From positions 1,650,001-1,682,000 of the forward strand of contig NZ_AP012549.1 in the NCBI RefSeq assembly GCF_000829235.1: a stretch of 32,000 bases of DNA, written 5' to 3'. This DNA is from a cyanobacterium endosymbiont of Epithemia turgida isolate EtSB Lake Yunoko (GTDB taxonomy: Bacteria > Cyanobacteriota > Cyanobacteriia > Cyanobacteriales > Microcystaceae). Positions 19,686-28,806 of this stretch are shown here, piece after piece. Each line of letters opens with the position of its first letter. Position 1 is the stretch's first letter. The notes below the pieces were generated by a model that made no database searches, was not told the DNA's origin, and was given only the letters and a program-made list of their open reading frames with translations. The position numbers and the translations under genes were made by a program.

Positions 19686-21287
19686 CTAAGCAGTTCTAAA
19701 CCGTGCTAATTCTTTCCCTGTTTTTGCGTCATGAGCGTGTACCGTGCATACTAAACAGGAATCAAACGAACGGGCTACATGACCAACTTCAACAGGGTTT
19801 GTGGGGTCTTCGATAGGAATGCCTATCAACGCTTCCTCAATAGGTCCGCGAACATTTTTACCGTCCCTGGGACCTACATTCCAAGTAGTAGGGGCAACGA
19901 TCTGATAGTTCTTGATTTTACCGCTTTCTACTTCAACCCAGTGACATAAGGCACCACGACTGGCTTCGGTCGCACCCCAACCTCGACCATCTTTGGAAGT
20001 CGGTTTGATGTACCAGGGTTCATTGAGTTTAAATTCTCCTAAGCACCGTTCTATTTCCCGATACAGTTTAACAGATTCGTGCATTCGTGCAAACTCTCGT
20101 AAATGAATGCTAGGTCCACCCATCTTTTTGAACATATCGAGAATTAATCCATCATGATGTTGGAAGCTTTCTCCCTGTGTACCGCCTGCAACTAACTGAC
20201 GTGCCAGAGACCCCACTTCCATTCGACCTAAATCTTTGTGACTTACCGCAGTTGACCAGGAATATTTATCTTTATAATCTCCTGTATTTTTTTCTTTTGG
20301 TCTAGTTTTGCGATCAAATGGGTGAATATCAGAGTTTCCTTCTTTATACCACGCATGACTGGTATTCTCACGAGCAAAGGTATGGTCTACCATATGATGG
20401 GTATCAGAGAAGCTATCATAGACACCTGCTTTCATGATGACCGCAGCATTGCGACTTTCGATGGTAGGCTTTTGATATCTATCTTCGTGGGGGAGATAAC
20501 CCCAGGTAAGATAACGTCTAGGGCCTTGACCATATTTATCTAAACCAATGTCTATACCCATTCTCCAATAAAAACCAAGGTCAGAATTAGCATGATTAGG
20601 ATTTTCCTCCAACCATTCCAGGAAATCTTCGTAGGTTTTAATTCTTTCATAACGTTCTAAAGAACATCCTAACCAGACTGGTTCTAACCAATTAGTACGA
20701 AAATACTCCATAATACCCCAACCTCGTGTAACATCAGTTAGGGTTGGCGCACACATCACGCCTCCAGGAACCATATAGCTAGAATGAGGCCACTGTCCAC
20801 CGAAGAGGGCATACAATTCTACAGGTTTAGCTGAGATAGTGATGGCCAATTCATAGGATGTTCCAGTAAATGCACTAAAACGTTTACAGGCTTCTTCGTA
20901 GAGAGGACTATTCCTATATTTTTTGTTGGTTAAGTCAATTGCATAAAGAGCATAAAAATGCCGAGGATGACTTTGAAGAGTTTCCACTAATTGCCCTAAA
21001 TTTCTGGCTAAAATAGCGTTACGGGGAACTTCAGTTTCCCAGATTGTGTCCAAAGCCCAAGAAGCGCAAGTAAGGTGAGATGCACCGCAAATTCCACAGA
21101 TACGAGGAGTAACAATCAAGCCGGCTTGAGGATCTTTGCCTTTTAAAATTACCTCAAATCCCCGAAATAACTCCGCTTTAGTCCAGGCATCAACTACTCT
21201 TCCATCTTCAATGTCTACTCGTACATCCAAATCTCCTTCAACTCTTCCAACAGGAGATAGTTCTAATGTTTTAATTGGCATATTCAC
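19686..21287 (-). CDS. hupL: [NiFe] uptake hydrogenase large subunit HupL
   Basis: 533-aa ORF with the N-terminal Ni-binding motif RICGICGASH and the C-terminal motif DSCLVCTVH. The tail AHDAKTGKELARFRTA follows and is the expected protease-cleaved extension. The track start is GTG 21287. ATG 21281 (MPIKTLE...) with GGAAG upstream is the more likely start. Confidence 0.95.
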   Translation of the reverse strand: MNMPIKTLELSPVGRVEGDLDVRVDIEDGRVVDAWTKAELFRGFEVILKGKDPQAGLIVTPRICGICGASHLTCASWALDTIWETEVPRNAILARNLGQLVETLQSHPRHFYALYAIDLTNKKYRNSPLYEEACKRFSAFTGTSYELAITISAKPVELYALFGGQWPHSSYMVPGGVMCAPTLTDVTRGWGIMEYFRTNWLEPVWLGCSLERYERIKTYEDFLEWLEENPNHANSDLGFYWRMGIDIGLDKYGQGPRRYLTWGYLPHEDRYQKPTIESRNAAVIMKAGVYDSFSDTHHMVDHTFARENTSHAWYKEGNSDIHPFDRKTRPKEKNTGDYKDKYSWSTAVSHKDLGRMEVGSLARQLVAGGTQGESFQHHDGLILDMFKKMGGPSIHLREFARMHESVKLYREIERCLGEFKLNEPWYIKPTSKDGRGWGATEASRGALCHWVEVESGKIKNYQIVAPTTWNVGPRDGKNVRGPIEEALIGIPIEDPTNPVEVGHVARSFDSCLVCTVHAHDAKTGKELARFRTA

Positions 21288-21341
21288 TTCCGGAGAAAAT
21301 TTAACTAATTCAGTTCTAACAGAGCGACTTTAAAGAAGATT

Positions 21342-22304
21342 TTAGACAATGAACATATCATCATCAGCCCAAGACGGACTAGTATTTTTAGCCATAACTG
21401 TCATTACAGCATAATCTTTCTTGTTAACTTGCGGGGGTAAGTCTTTGGGAACGCCCATGACTGTTCGAGTTCTAAAAACTGTTCCTGGTTTCAAATCATA
21501 GAAAGGAAACTCAGGTTCGGTACATCCTAAACACGGCATTCCAACACGAGTTTTGGAGGAAACTCTATTCCATAGAATTCTATTACAAGGAGAATGAGTC
21601 ATGGGTCCACGACAGCCCATGTCATAGAAAAGACATCCGGTACGCTGTCCAAATTCCTGGGTACTCGATTTATAGTTAAAATGCATATTGCGAGTACACC
21701 CAGTCTGGGTAAAGGACTTAAAAAAAGTTTCGGGACGATGGAATTCATCGAGAGTGATGTCTCCTACTCGTCCTACAGCCACCGCTATTAAGATTTGGGA
21801 AATCCAGTCGGGATGGGCTGGACAACCAGGGATATTAATTACAGGTAAGCCCGCTTGAGAACGATATTCAGCTCCCAAGGCTCCCCCTTTTTTGCGCTTG
21901 AGAAATTGGAGTCCAACCGACTCGCTAGGATTGGGGTCCATAGCAGGAATACCGCCATAGGTGGCACAGTCTCCTACTGCAACTACGAACCCTGCAACTT
22001 TGGATAAGTCTGCTAACCAGTTTTTCATAGGACGGCCAGCAAACCGGTTCCACTCTCCACTTCCATGAGGGGCATTAACAACAGTTCCTTCAAATACAAG
22101 TATATCAACAGCGATTTTTCCACTAACACAGTCATCTAGGAGTTGTTGCAAGCTATCCCCTAATTCTAGTCCCAGGGAAGGATGCCAGAGAATGTTAATA
22201 TCAAAATCCGTAACTAGGTCTACAAGAGTGGGCTCTTCTGCGTTGAGAAATGATATAGTATTCCCACTGCAGGCGCCACCTTGAAGCCATAGAATATTAG
22301 TCAT
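21342..22304 (-). CDS. hupS: [NiFe] uptake hydrogenase small subunit HupS
   Basis: 320-aa ORF. MTNILWLQGGACSGNTISFLNAEEP is the proximal-cluster Cys motif. Further Fe-S ligand Cys patterns are GDCATYGG, PGCPAHPDW, CTRNMHF and CLGCTEPEFP. It starts directly with the mature domain, with no twin-arginine leader. It lies 54 nt upstream of hupL. Confidence 0.95.
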   Translation of the reverse strand: MTNILWLQGGACSGNTISFLNAEEPTLVDLVTDFDINILWHPSLGLELGDSLQQLLDDCVSGKIAVDILVFEGTVVNAPHGSGEWNRFAGRPMKNWLADLSKVAGFVVAVGDCATYGGIPAMDPNPSESVGLQFLKRKKGGALGAEYRSQAGLPVINIPGCPAHPDWISQILIAVAVGRVGDITLDEFHRPETFFKSFTQTGCTRNMHFNYKSSTQEFGQRTGCLFYDMGCRGPMTHSPCNRILWNRVSSKTRVGMPCLGCTEPEFPFYDLKPGTVFRTRTVMGVPKDLPPQVNKKDYAVMTVMAKNTSPSWADDDMFIV

Positions 22305-22407
22305 GAGGAGTTCTATCCTGAGGTTTTTAGTTTAAATTAAAAATTTGACCAATTAGTAAGCTAAGCTTTTGACAATTTAATTTTATGAGATAGTGTACCA
22401 TGATAAA

Positions 22408-22443
22408 CTTTAAATTTTGTTTAAAAAATAACAAAATTTAAAG
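22408..22443 (-). promoter_or_regulatory. Candidate CRP/NtcA-family operator plus -10 box upstream of hupS
   Basis: A perfect 14-bp inverted repeat, CTTTAAATTTTGTT (22408-22421) and AACAAAATTTAAAG (22430-22443), contains TGT-N10-ACA (22418-22420 and 22431-22433). In the hupS sense, a TAN3T hexamer TACACT (complement of 22392-22397) lies 20 nt downstream of the proximal half-site. The centre is about 121 nt upstream of the hupS ATG. The half-sites are GTT/AAC rather than the ideal GTA/TAC. Confidence 0.35.
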
Positions 22444-22706
22444 TTTACTTCACTTTAGAAATAAAAAGTTACCTAGGTTTCTAGCTCCAGACTAATGAAA
22501 ACTTAAAACGAATGGAAACTCAAAGCCTTCTCATTTTTTTATCTTCTAAAAAGAATTAGAAGACGACGATAACGAGTATTTAAGTTATATAAACAATGAA
22601 TGTTACATCCTAGGGGGAAGAAGCCAACAGTTTCTGTTACTAAAGCGGTAAATATAAAGTTATAGTCCAGTAATAAGATGAGTTAATCAGCAATATTTCC
22701 TAGCTG

Positions 22707-22771
22707 TTAACGACGCAGTAATTGATTTAGGTTTACTTTAGCTAAAACTAAATCAATTACTGCGTCGTTAA
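22707..22771. repeat. Perfect 24-bp inverted repeat with a 17-nt spacer
   Basis: TTAACGACGCAGTAATTGATTTAG (22707-22730) is the exact reverse complement of CTAAATCAATTACTGCGTCGTTAA (22748-22771). The spacer gtttactttagctaaaa contains a nested tttag/ctaaa palindrome. The arms are clearly more GC-rich than the surrounding spacer. Confidence 0.9.
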
Positions 22772-22826
22772 GTTTGCAAACAACTAAGGTAGTCTCAATG
22801 CTTGTTCGTTCATTGGACATGACTAA

Positions 22827-22848
22827 GTAAAGCAGCACCATGCTTTAC
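22827..22848. other. Perfect 8-bp stem hairpin
   Basis: GTAAAGCA (22827-22834), loop gcacca, TGCTTTAC (22841-22848). Confidence 0.6.
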
Positions 22849-22993
22849 AATTTAGGATTTTTGTAAAATCTAAGAAAGTAAGTTAAAAAGTATTTAAACT
22901 TGTGTGTTCATTGTCATCTTGAATTAATACTTAAGTCAAGGTGGTTTAGGCTCAATTAACCCTTATGTAGGCGTATTAAACAAAATCTAGATT

Positions 22994-23045
22994 AAGACAT
23001 AATCAACAATCAATGGTCATTGTTTGTTGATTATGTCTTTTTAAG
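22994..23045 (+). terminator. Strong intrinsic-terminator-like hairpin (+ orientation)
   Basis: AAGACATAATCAACAA (22994-23009) is the exact reverse complement of TTGTTGATTATGTCTT (23024-23039). The stem extends after one mismatch by CAAT/ATTG around a GGTC tetraloop. The 3' arm runs into TTTTT (23038-23042). A U-tract exists only in the + sense. Confidence 0.55.
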
Positions 23046-23456
23046 ATAAGAGACCGACGATTGTGAATCATATGGGAAAGCGGGGGGTGAAATTTACCCT
23101 AACACCTAAGGTAAATGACAATCCTAGAGGAGATGAGTACGATCACTGAGAATTCCCAAAATTAGATTATTTATAGTATCTGGAATGTTACCAATCATTA
23201 GTATAATTACCCCTGCTCTCTCTACATAGGTAAGGGAATACTAATAGACAAAGAACAAGTATATTAGCCGCGATTACTGGTCCGGAATCTCTCACATCAT
23301 GAGCTAATTCTGTCGTAGAATAGAGTCTCTTTGATTTGAGGACAGTCGTATAAATTATGAATAGTAAGTCATTGATTCTAGAATTATAAAGCAACATAGG
23401 AATTGGCTATCCTCCTGACTCAAAGAGTTCTAACTTCCTACTTTTTACTTTAAATA

Positions 23457-24284
23457 ATGACTAGAACCCGTAAACGTTTTGCACAACACTGGTTACGTAA
23501 TGAAAAAGTCTTAACAAAAATAATACAGGCTGCTCAACTTCAAAATAGCGATCACATCCTAGAAATTGGGCCAGGAACTGGAATTTTAACCCGTCGTCTT
23601 ATCCCACATGTTCAGTCTACCGTAGCGGTGGAATTGGATCGAGATTTATGTCAACGGTTAGCCAAACAGTTAGGAAACATCAAGAATTTTTTATTATTAC
23701 AAGGAGATATATTAACCCTAGATTTAACCACTCAATTACAACAATTTTCAAAATTTCAACCCCTAAATAAGGTAGTAGCAAATATTCCCTACAATATCAC
23801 TGCTCCTATCTTAGAAAGACTACTTGGAACCATTGCTCATCCCCACCATCCCCCATATAATACAATCGTTTTATTGATTCAAAAAGAAGTTGCCCAACGT
23901 ATTGTAGCTAAACCCAAAACAAAAGCCTACGGAGCTTTATCGGTTGGGATGCAATATTTAGCTCATTGTGAGTATATTTGTGATGTTTCCAGTAAAGCTT
24001 TTGATCCACCCCCAAAAGTAGATTCTGGGGTAATTCGTTTGACTCCTAGATCCCTAAAAACTCCTGTTACTAATCCCCAACAATTAGAGACACTAGTTAA
24101 AGTTGGATTTGCTAATCGCCGCAAAATGTTAAGAAATAATTTAAAAAGTATCATTGATGATGATAGCTTAATCTGTTTCTTAGAAAAATTAAATATTAAT
24201 CCCCAAACTCGCGCAGAAGAACTAAATCTAGAACAATGGGTCATTTTAAGTAACAATTGGACCACACTTAATGGGAATCATTAA
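23457..24284 (+). CDS. rsmA: 16S rRNA (adenine1518/1519-N6)-dimethyltransferase RsmA/KsgA
   Basis: 275-aa ORF with KRFAQHWLRNEKVL, the SAM motif ILEIGPGTGILT, VVANIPYNIT and PPPKVDSGVIRL. Confidence 0.93.
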   Translation: MTRTRKRFAQHWLRNEKVLTKIIQAAQLQNSDHILEIGPGTGILTRRLIPHVQSTVAVELDRDLCQRLAKQLGNIKNFLLLQGDILTLDLTTQLQQFSKFQPLNKVVANIPYNITAPILERLLGTIAHPHHPPYNTIVLLIQKEVAQRIVAKPKTKAYGALSVGMQYLAHCEYICDVSSKAFDPPPKVDSGVIRLTPRSLKTPVTNPQQLETLVKVGFANRRKMLRNNLKSIIDDDSLICFLEKLNINPQTRAEELNLEQWVILSNNWTTLNGNH

Positions 24285-24304
24285 ACAATTATTTATCAGA
24301 AAAT

Positions 24305-25174
24305 ATGTCAAAAATTACCGGTAAAACAAAATTACTCGGCATTATTGGTGATCCATTAAAACATTCCTTATCACCAGTCATACACAACGCAGCAATTAGT
24401 TATTTAGGAGTAGATTATATTTATGTCCCTTTTCCTCTAAAACCCAAAGATTTAACTACTGCAATTGCGGGATTTTCTAGTATTGGAATTGTAGGATTTA
24501 ATGTTACTATCCCTCATAAGCAAGCAATTATTCCTTTCCTATCGGAAACAACCCCCACGGCTCAATTGGTAGGTGCAGTTAACACGGTTTGGCGCACCAA
24601 AACGGGATGGAAAGGAACTAACACTGATATAGATGGCTTTTTATCCCCTCTCCAATCATTACAACGAGACTGGGCTAATCTGACTCCAATTATTCTAGGG
24701 AATGGAGGCGCAGCTAGGGCGGTAGTGGTAGGGTTAGCCCAATTAGGATGTCTTAAAATTCACGTTGTGGGGCGAGATCGACAGAAGTTATGGCAGTTTG
24801 CACAAAGTTGGAAAAATACTCAACTTACAGCCACTTTAAGGATTTATTTCTGGGATGAATTGTCAGAGATAATAGAGGAAACTGAACTATTAATTAATAC
24901 CACTCCCATCGGAATGTTTCCTAACATTAATGACTCTCCTATGGAGTCTATACTTTTTGCTAGAATGCCAGAAAATGCGATTGTCTATGATCTGATTTAT
25001 ACTCCTAATCCCACTCAATTTCTCAAGAATGCACAACAACAAGGGTTAATAACCATTGATGGATTGGAAATGTTAATCCAACAAGGAGCAGTTGCCCTAC
25101 AATTCTGGTTACAAAAAACTGTTCCTGTTGATGTTATGACTCAATCTTTACAAGATTATTTAAACCTTCAGTAG
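24305..25174 (+). CDS. aroE: Shikimate 5-dehydrogenase
   Basis: 289-aa ORF with LLGIIGDPLKHSLSPVIHNAA, GFNVTIPHK, GAVNTV, GTNTD and the NADP loop ILGNGGAARAV. Confidence 0.92.
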   Translation: MSKITGKTKLLGIIGDPLKHSLSPVIHNAAISYLGVDYIYVPFPLKPKDLTTAIAGFSSIGIVGFNVTIPHKQAIIPFLSETTPTAQLVGAVNTVWRTKTGWKGTNTDIDGFLSPLQSLQRDWANLTPIILGNGGAARAVVVGLAQLGCLKIHVVGRDRQKLWQFAQSWKNTQLTATLRIYFWDELSEIIEETELLINTTPIGMFPNINDSPMESILFARMPENAIVYDLIYTPNPTQFLKNAQQQGLITIDGLEMLIQQGAVALQFWLQKTVPVDVMTQSLQDYLNLQ

Positions 25175-25219
25175 TAATTGATAATTATTTAGTTAAAGTT
25201 AGTTATTTTTAATGAAAGG

Positions 25220-25870
25220 TTATTGATTTAATTCCAATAATCCAACTGGAGGATTAATTTCTATACGTTGATTTTTTAAGTCAACGACAGGAACAATTTC
25301 GTATACGAAGGGAATTAAAATCGTATTTATTTTATGGGTTTTAGGTTTATTTTTTTGTTTTTGACAGCGTATTATTTGGGGAGTAGGCTTAGAGACATCT
25401 GGTTCTTTTTGAGCATTTTTCTGATACAGTTTAACTTCTAATAGATCATGACCTGCCCATAAAATACCAGTAACATTTCCAATTAGTTCTCCTGTTTTTT
25501 GATGATAAACTTCTAGATGAATCAGATCTGATATATGATATTCTTCTTTTTCTATTTTTGGGCGATCACTCCTAGGAACTACCAATTTATAATTCCTTAA
25601 TGCCTCAGCTTGAGTACGATCTTTCACTTGGGCTAATTTAATAATATATAGATTTTTTCCGGGTACATACCTACCTCTCACTAACTCAACTTCTTGAAGA
25701 TACGACTCTTGAGGAGACTGTAACCATCTTGCTCCTGGTTTTTCAAATCTTTCTGAAAAATCTGAATCGGAAATAACTCTTAATTCTCCTTGTAATCCTT
25801 GCGGTGCAACAATTTTTCCAATTTCTATCCAATCATCTAGATTTTTTGATGTTAAATTATTTTTAGTCAT
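25220..25870 (-). CDS. rimM: 16S rRNA processing protein RimM
   Basis: 216-aa ORF. WIEIGKIVAPQGLQGELRVISDSDFSERF is the RimM N-terminal barrel and a PRC-barrel-like C-terminus follows. It contains a lysine-rich internal insertion. Confidence 0.85.
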   Translation of the reverse strand: MTKNNLTSKNLDDWIEIGKIVAPQGLQGELRVISDSDFSERFEKPGARWLQSPQESYLQEVELVRGRYVPGKNLYIIKLAQVKDRTQAEALRNYKLVVPRSDRPKIEKEEYHISDLIHLEVYHQKTGELIGNVTGILWAGHDLLEVKLYQKNAQKEPDVSKPTPQIIRCQKQKNKPKTHKINTILIPFVYEIVPVVDLKNQRIEINPPVGLLELNQ

Positions 25871-25996
25871 TTTTTGAGATTATCATAATATCTATATTTT
25901 TATTATGTTTATAATAAGCCTTTATGCTATTATATTTTTATAAATTATAATATTTTATGGCAAAAAAGTTAGATGATTTTATATTAAATTAATTCA

Positions 25997-26824
25997 ATGA
26001 CTTTAAAAACGTGGCAGGTAGATTTTTATAAAACCTCTTTTCTAAACGAAGAACATCAGTTTCAATGGCAACTCTTTATTTGTAACGCTCAAGGAAAAAT
26101 AATTTATCAAGCTATTTGTGAACAAAAAGAAGCTAATTTAAGTTGGTTATTTTCTAAATTAGAATCCGCTATGGAACAAGAAATACCTGATTTAATTCAA
26201 GTTTTCCGACCTCAATTAGTTAACTTATTAGTTGCAGCAGCAGATAAGTTTGGTATAAAGGTTGAAGCAACAAGGCGAACACCCAAGCTTAAAGAAATTT
26301 TAAAAAAACAAGGGATTAATAATAATTTTAATCCTGTCAAATTAGAACAACCGCCTCCACAGACACTTCCTGAGAATTTATGGGGAGAAAGATGGCAGTT
26401 TGTTACCCTCCCTGTAGGAGGTCTTATTGAGTTTTTTAGTGATTGCCCCATTCCTATTGTTGATATTCCTAACCTTTTACTTCCTATAAATTTAGGACTT
26501 GCTTCCACCGTAAGAATCCCAGGTATCATTATTTACGGTGGTCAAACCTCAATGTATTTAGCCCGTTGGTTAGTAGATGTTAAACCAGTCGCCTTAAACT
26601 ATATTTCCACTCAGATAGGTAAATCGGGAGGGTTAGTTTTAGAATCAGATCTAGTTGACCGCTGGATCCTAGCCACTTTTGAAGATTCAGACATGGCTAA
26701 AGCGGCACAAAAATATGAATTGCGAAAAAACGATAGCCAAGGATTGCATTTTCTAGTCGTTCAGCCAGATGATTCTGCGATGACTTATAGCGGGTTTTGG
26801 TTATTAAGACATGAAGAGATTTAA
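25997..26824 (+). CDS. Tab2/ATAB2-family (DUF1092) putative RNA-binding protein
   Basis: 275-aa ORF. WQVDFYKTSF...FQWQLFICNAQG, QVFRPQ, ATRRTPKLKE, LPENLWGERWQF, GLVLESDLVDRWILA, GLHFLVVQPDD and GFWLL match the family pattern as I remember it. Confidence 0.65.
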   Translation: MTLKTWQVDFYKTSFLNEEHQFQWQLFICNAQGKIIYQAICEQKEANLSWLFSKLESAMEQEIPDLIQVFRPQLVNLLVAAADKFGIKVEATRRTPKLKEILKKQGINNNFNPVKLEQPPPQTLPENLWGERWQFVTLPVGGLIEFFSDCPIPIVDIPNLLLPINLGLASTVRIPGIIIYGGQTSMYLARWLVDVKPVALNYISTQIGKSGGLVLESDLVDRWILATFEDSDMAKAAQKYELRKNDSQGLHFLVVQPDDSAMTYSGFWLLRHEEI

Positions 26825-27065
26825 AAGACTATTTGTATTTGTTGAAAAAAATTGCGGGCTAGTTTGTATATTTTGTAGGGTATGCAAAAGTTTAATGATA
26901 AGTGATATACAATTACTCAGGATGTTCATCGTATTTTTATACCCTGCTACCCGATACAAGTATAGTGTTTTGTTTCTTTGATTAAAGAAAACTTGAGAAA
27001 AGGTCGCTTAACCTAGTACATTTACTAAAATCAGTTTTTATGTGCGTCAACTAATAACGTGATAT

Positions 27066-28046
27066 TTGGTAAACAAGAAACTAATTAAGTTATATGCTAG
27101 TTTCACAGTAATTTTATACATAATGTCCACAAATATGAACTTAGATAAAGACAAGTTTGAATCTACAGATTTATGGGAAAAAGTCATTACTCAGACGAAT
27201 CATGCTATTAACTGTGGTGCATTACAATCTATCGTAACGAATCATGAATTCATAGAAGATACCAATATTAAATTTTTAGTTAAAATTTTAGATAATTTTT
27301 CACAAAAAGAAAATCTCCAGAAACAAGAAACTCAGCAACGTAAAAAGATAGAAAAGAAAGTAGATCCTTTTCTTCCCTATGAAAAAGATTTATTTGTCAC
27401 TAATCTTTCAGATACTCATCTATGTTTATTGAATAAATATAATGTATTTGATTACCATTTACTAATTACTACTCGCGTTTTTGAAGAACAACAAAGTTGG
27501 CTAGATTTCAATGATTTTGCTGCTTTATATCAATGTTTGTTGCATATTAATGGGCTGGGATTCTATAATAGTGGCAGGCTTTCCGGAGCAAGTCAACAGC
27601 ATAAACATTTACAATTAGTTCCTTTTCCATTAAGTTCTGAAGTAGAAAAAATTCCAATTGAATCAATAATAAAAGATATTTACTTTCAAGATAATATTGG
27701 ATGTTTGTCTGATTTTAACTTTAGTCATGCTTTAACTAAAATTAACCTTGCTAATGAGAAAAAACATTCTCAAAACGCCCTGATTATGTTAGAAAATTAT
27801 CAGAAATTATTAATGGCTATTAATCTATCTTTACACCACGAAAAACCAACAGTTGATTATAATCTTTTGGTTACACGGGAATGGATGATGATTATTGAGC
27901 GATCACAAGCAAGTTATAAATCTATTCCAGTCAATTCTTTAGGTTTTGCCGGAACATTCTTTGTTAAAAATCAGAAACAAATGGAACAATTAAAAGAATT
28001 GACTCCGCTGAGAATTTTACAGAATGTTTCTAAAAATAAGGAATAA
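27066..28046 (+). CDS. ATP adenylyltransferase / Ap4A phosphorylase (Apa1/Apa2-like, HIT-related)
   Basis: DPFLPYEKDLFVTNLSDTHLCLLNKYNVFDYHLLITTRVFEEQQSWL and GFYNSGRLSGASQQHKHLQLVP match the Ap4A phosphorylase II signature (NKfnv..H.L.vT, GASq.HkHlQ). The track start is TTG 27066. ATG 27123 (MSTNMNLDK...) is the more likely start. Confidence 0.72.
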   Translation: MVNKKLIKLYASFTVILYIMSTNMNLDKDKFESTDLWEKVITQTNHAINCGALQSIVTNHEFIEDTNIKFLVKILDNFSQKENLQKQETQQRKKIEKKVDPFLPYEKDLFVTNLSDTHLCLLNKYNVFDYHLLITTRVFEEQQSWLDFNDFAALYQCLLHINGLGFYNSGRLSGASQQHKHLQLVPFPLSSEVEKIPIESIIKDIYFQDNIGCLSDFNFSHALTKINLANEKKHSQNALIMLENYQKLLMAINLSLHHEKPTVDYNLLVTREWMMIIERSQASYKSIPVNSLGFAGTFFVKNQKQMEQLKELTPLRILQNVSKNKE

Positions 28047-28806
28047 TTAATGGATTTTAGAGCATAAATGTTAGAGACATTTGTTGTTAAGTTTTTTGGT
28101 GAATATTTTTTAGTCGGTTAATAGAGGTTCTCAAAATTATAATTAGTCTATATTTTGATTACTAAATTACTTAGCTTATGGATCACCTATTCCCATTTCT
28201 CTTAAAGCAATTATTTTACGTTATGTCATTAACTACTTATGTTCCTACAAACCATTCTTTAAATAAGATAATATCAGCTTGATTAATAATTTTAATTTTA
28301 ACTATATCCCCTTTCTTACGGTGTAAATTTTCATCCAAATAGGGAGCTAAAAATTTACTAACTTTAGATAAAGTTATTTTTTTTTACTTGTTTTTTTAAA
28401 ATATTTTTAATTAAAAGTATTTTAAATCCTTTTTGGCTAACAAACTGCTTTACTTTCAGTAAAATTAACTGAGATTCTTTCAATGCTAACTATTTCAACC
28501 ATTGTTTAACCTAACTTGGAACAGCTTTGAGAAGATATAATTTCGTCTTATTTTCTAGGTTTTACTAGAGTAAAAATCATAAATCAGAAGTAACTAATAA
28601 CCTAAAAATTAAGTTTTTGGGCTATGAAAACCTTACAAGGGAAGACTTTTAGTTTTTGTTAATTATCTTTTTGTTATATCTAGTCTAGAAGAACTATTTT
28701 TATGAGTCCATTTACTAGGGTAATACCAAAGGCTTGTATTCTTTTGAAGTTAGATAATTCTCACATAGTAACCGCATTTAATTAGAAGTATTTTAAAATT
28801 TTATGA

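Noticed and set aside
21288-21341. hupS-hupL intergenic region checked for the stem-loop described in some cyanobacteria.
   Set aside because: I could find no convincing hairpin in these 54 nt, only a short CTTTAAAG palindrome.
16623-21791. Short + strand track ORFs overlapping the NTP-transferase/PMM gene and hupSL: 16623-16862, 17608-17811, 18600-18827, 20322-20543, 21136-21333 and 21594-21791.
   Set aside because: They are shadow ORFs antisense to well-supported genes and have low-complexity or random-looking sequences.
23188-23397. 69-aa minus-strand track ORF upstream of rsmA, and a 25-codon + ORF at about 23083 (MGKRGVKFTLTPKVNDNPRGDEYDH).
   Set aside because: Neither has recognisable domains or translation signals. 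They could be fossil fragments but cannot be supported.
26877-26945. AGGGTAT ... ATACCCT 7-bp pairing enclosing 55 nt upstream of the Ap4A-phosphorylase-like gene, considered as a possible riboswitch or leader.
   Set aside because: It is a single short stem with a long unstructured loop and resembles no riboswitch class I know.
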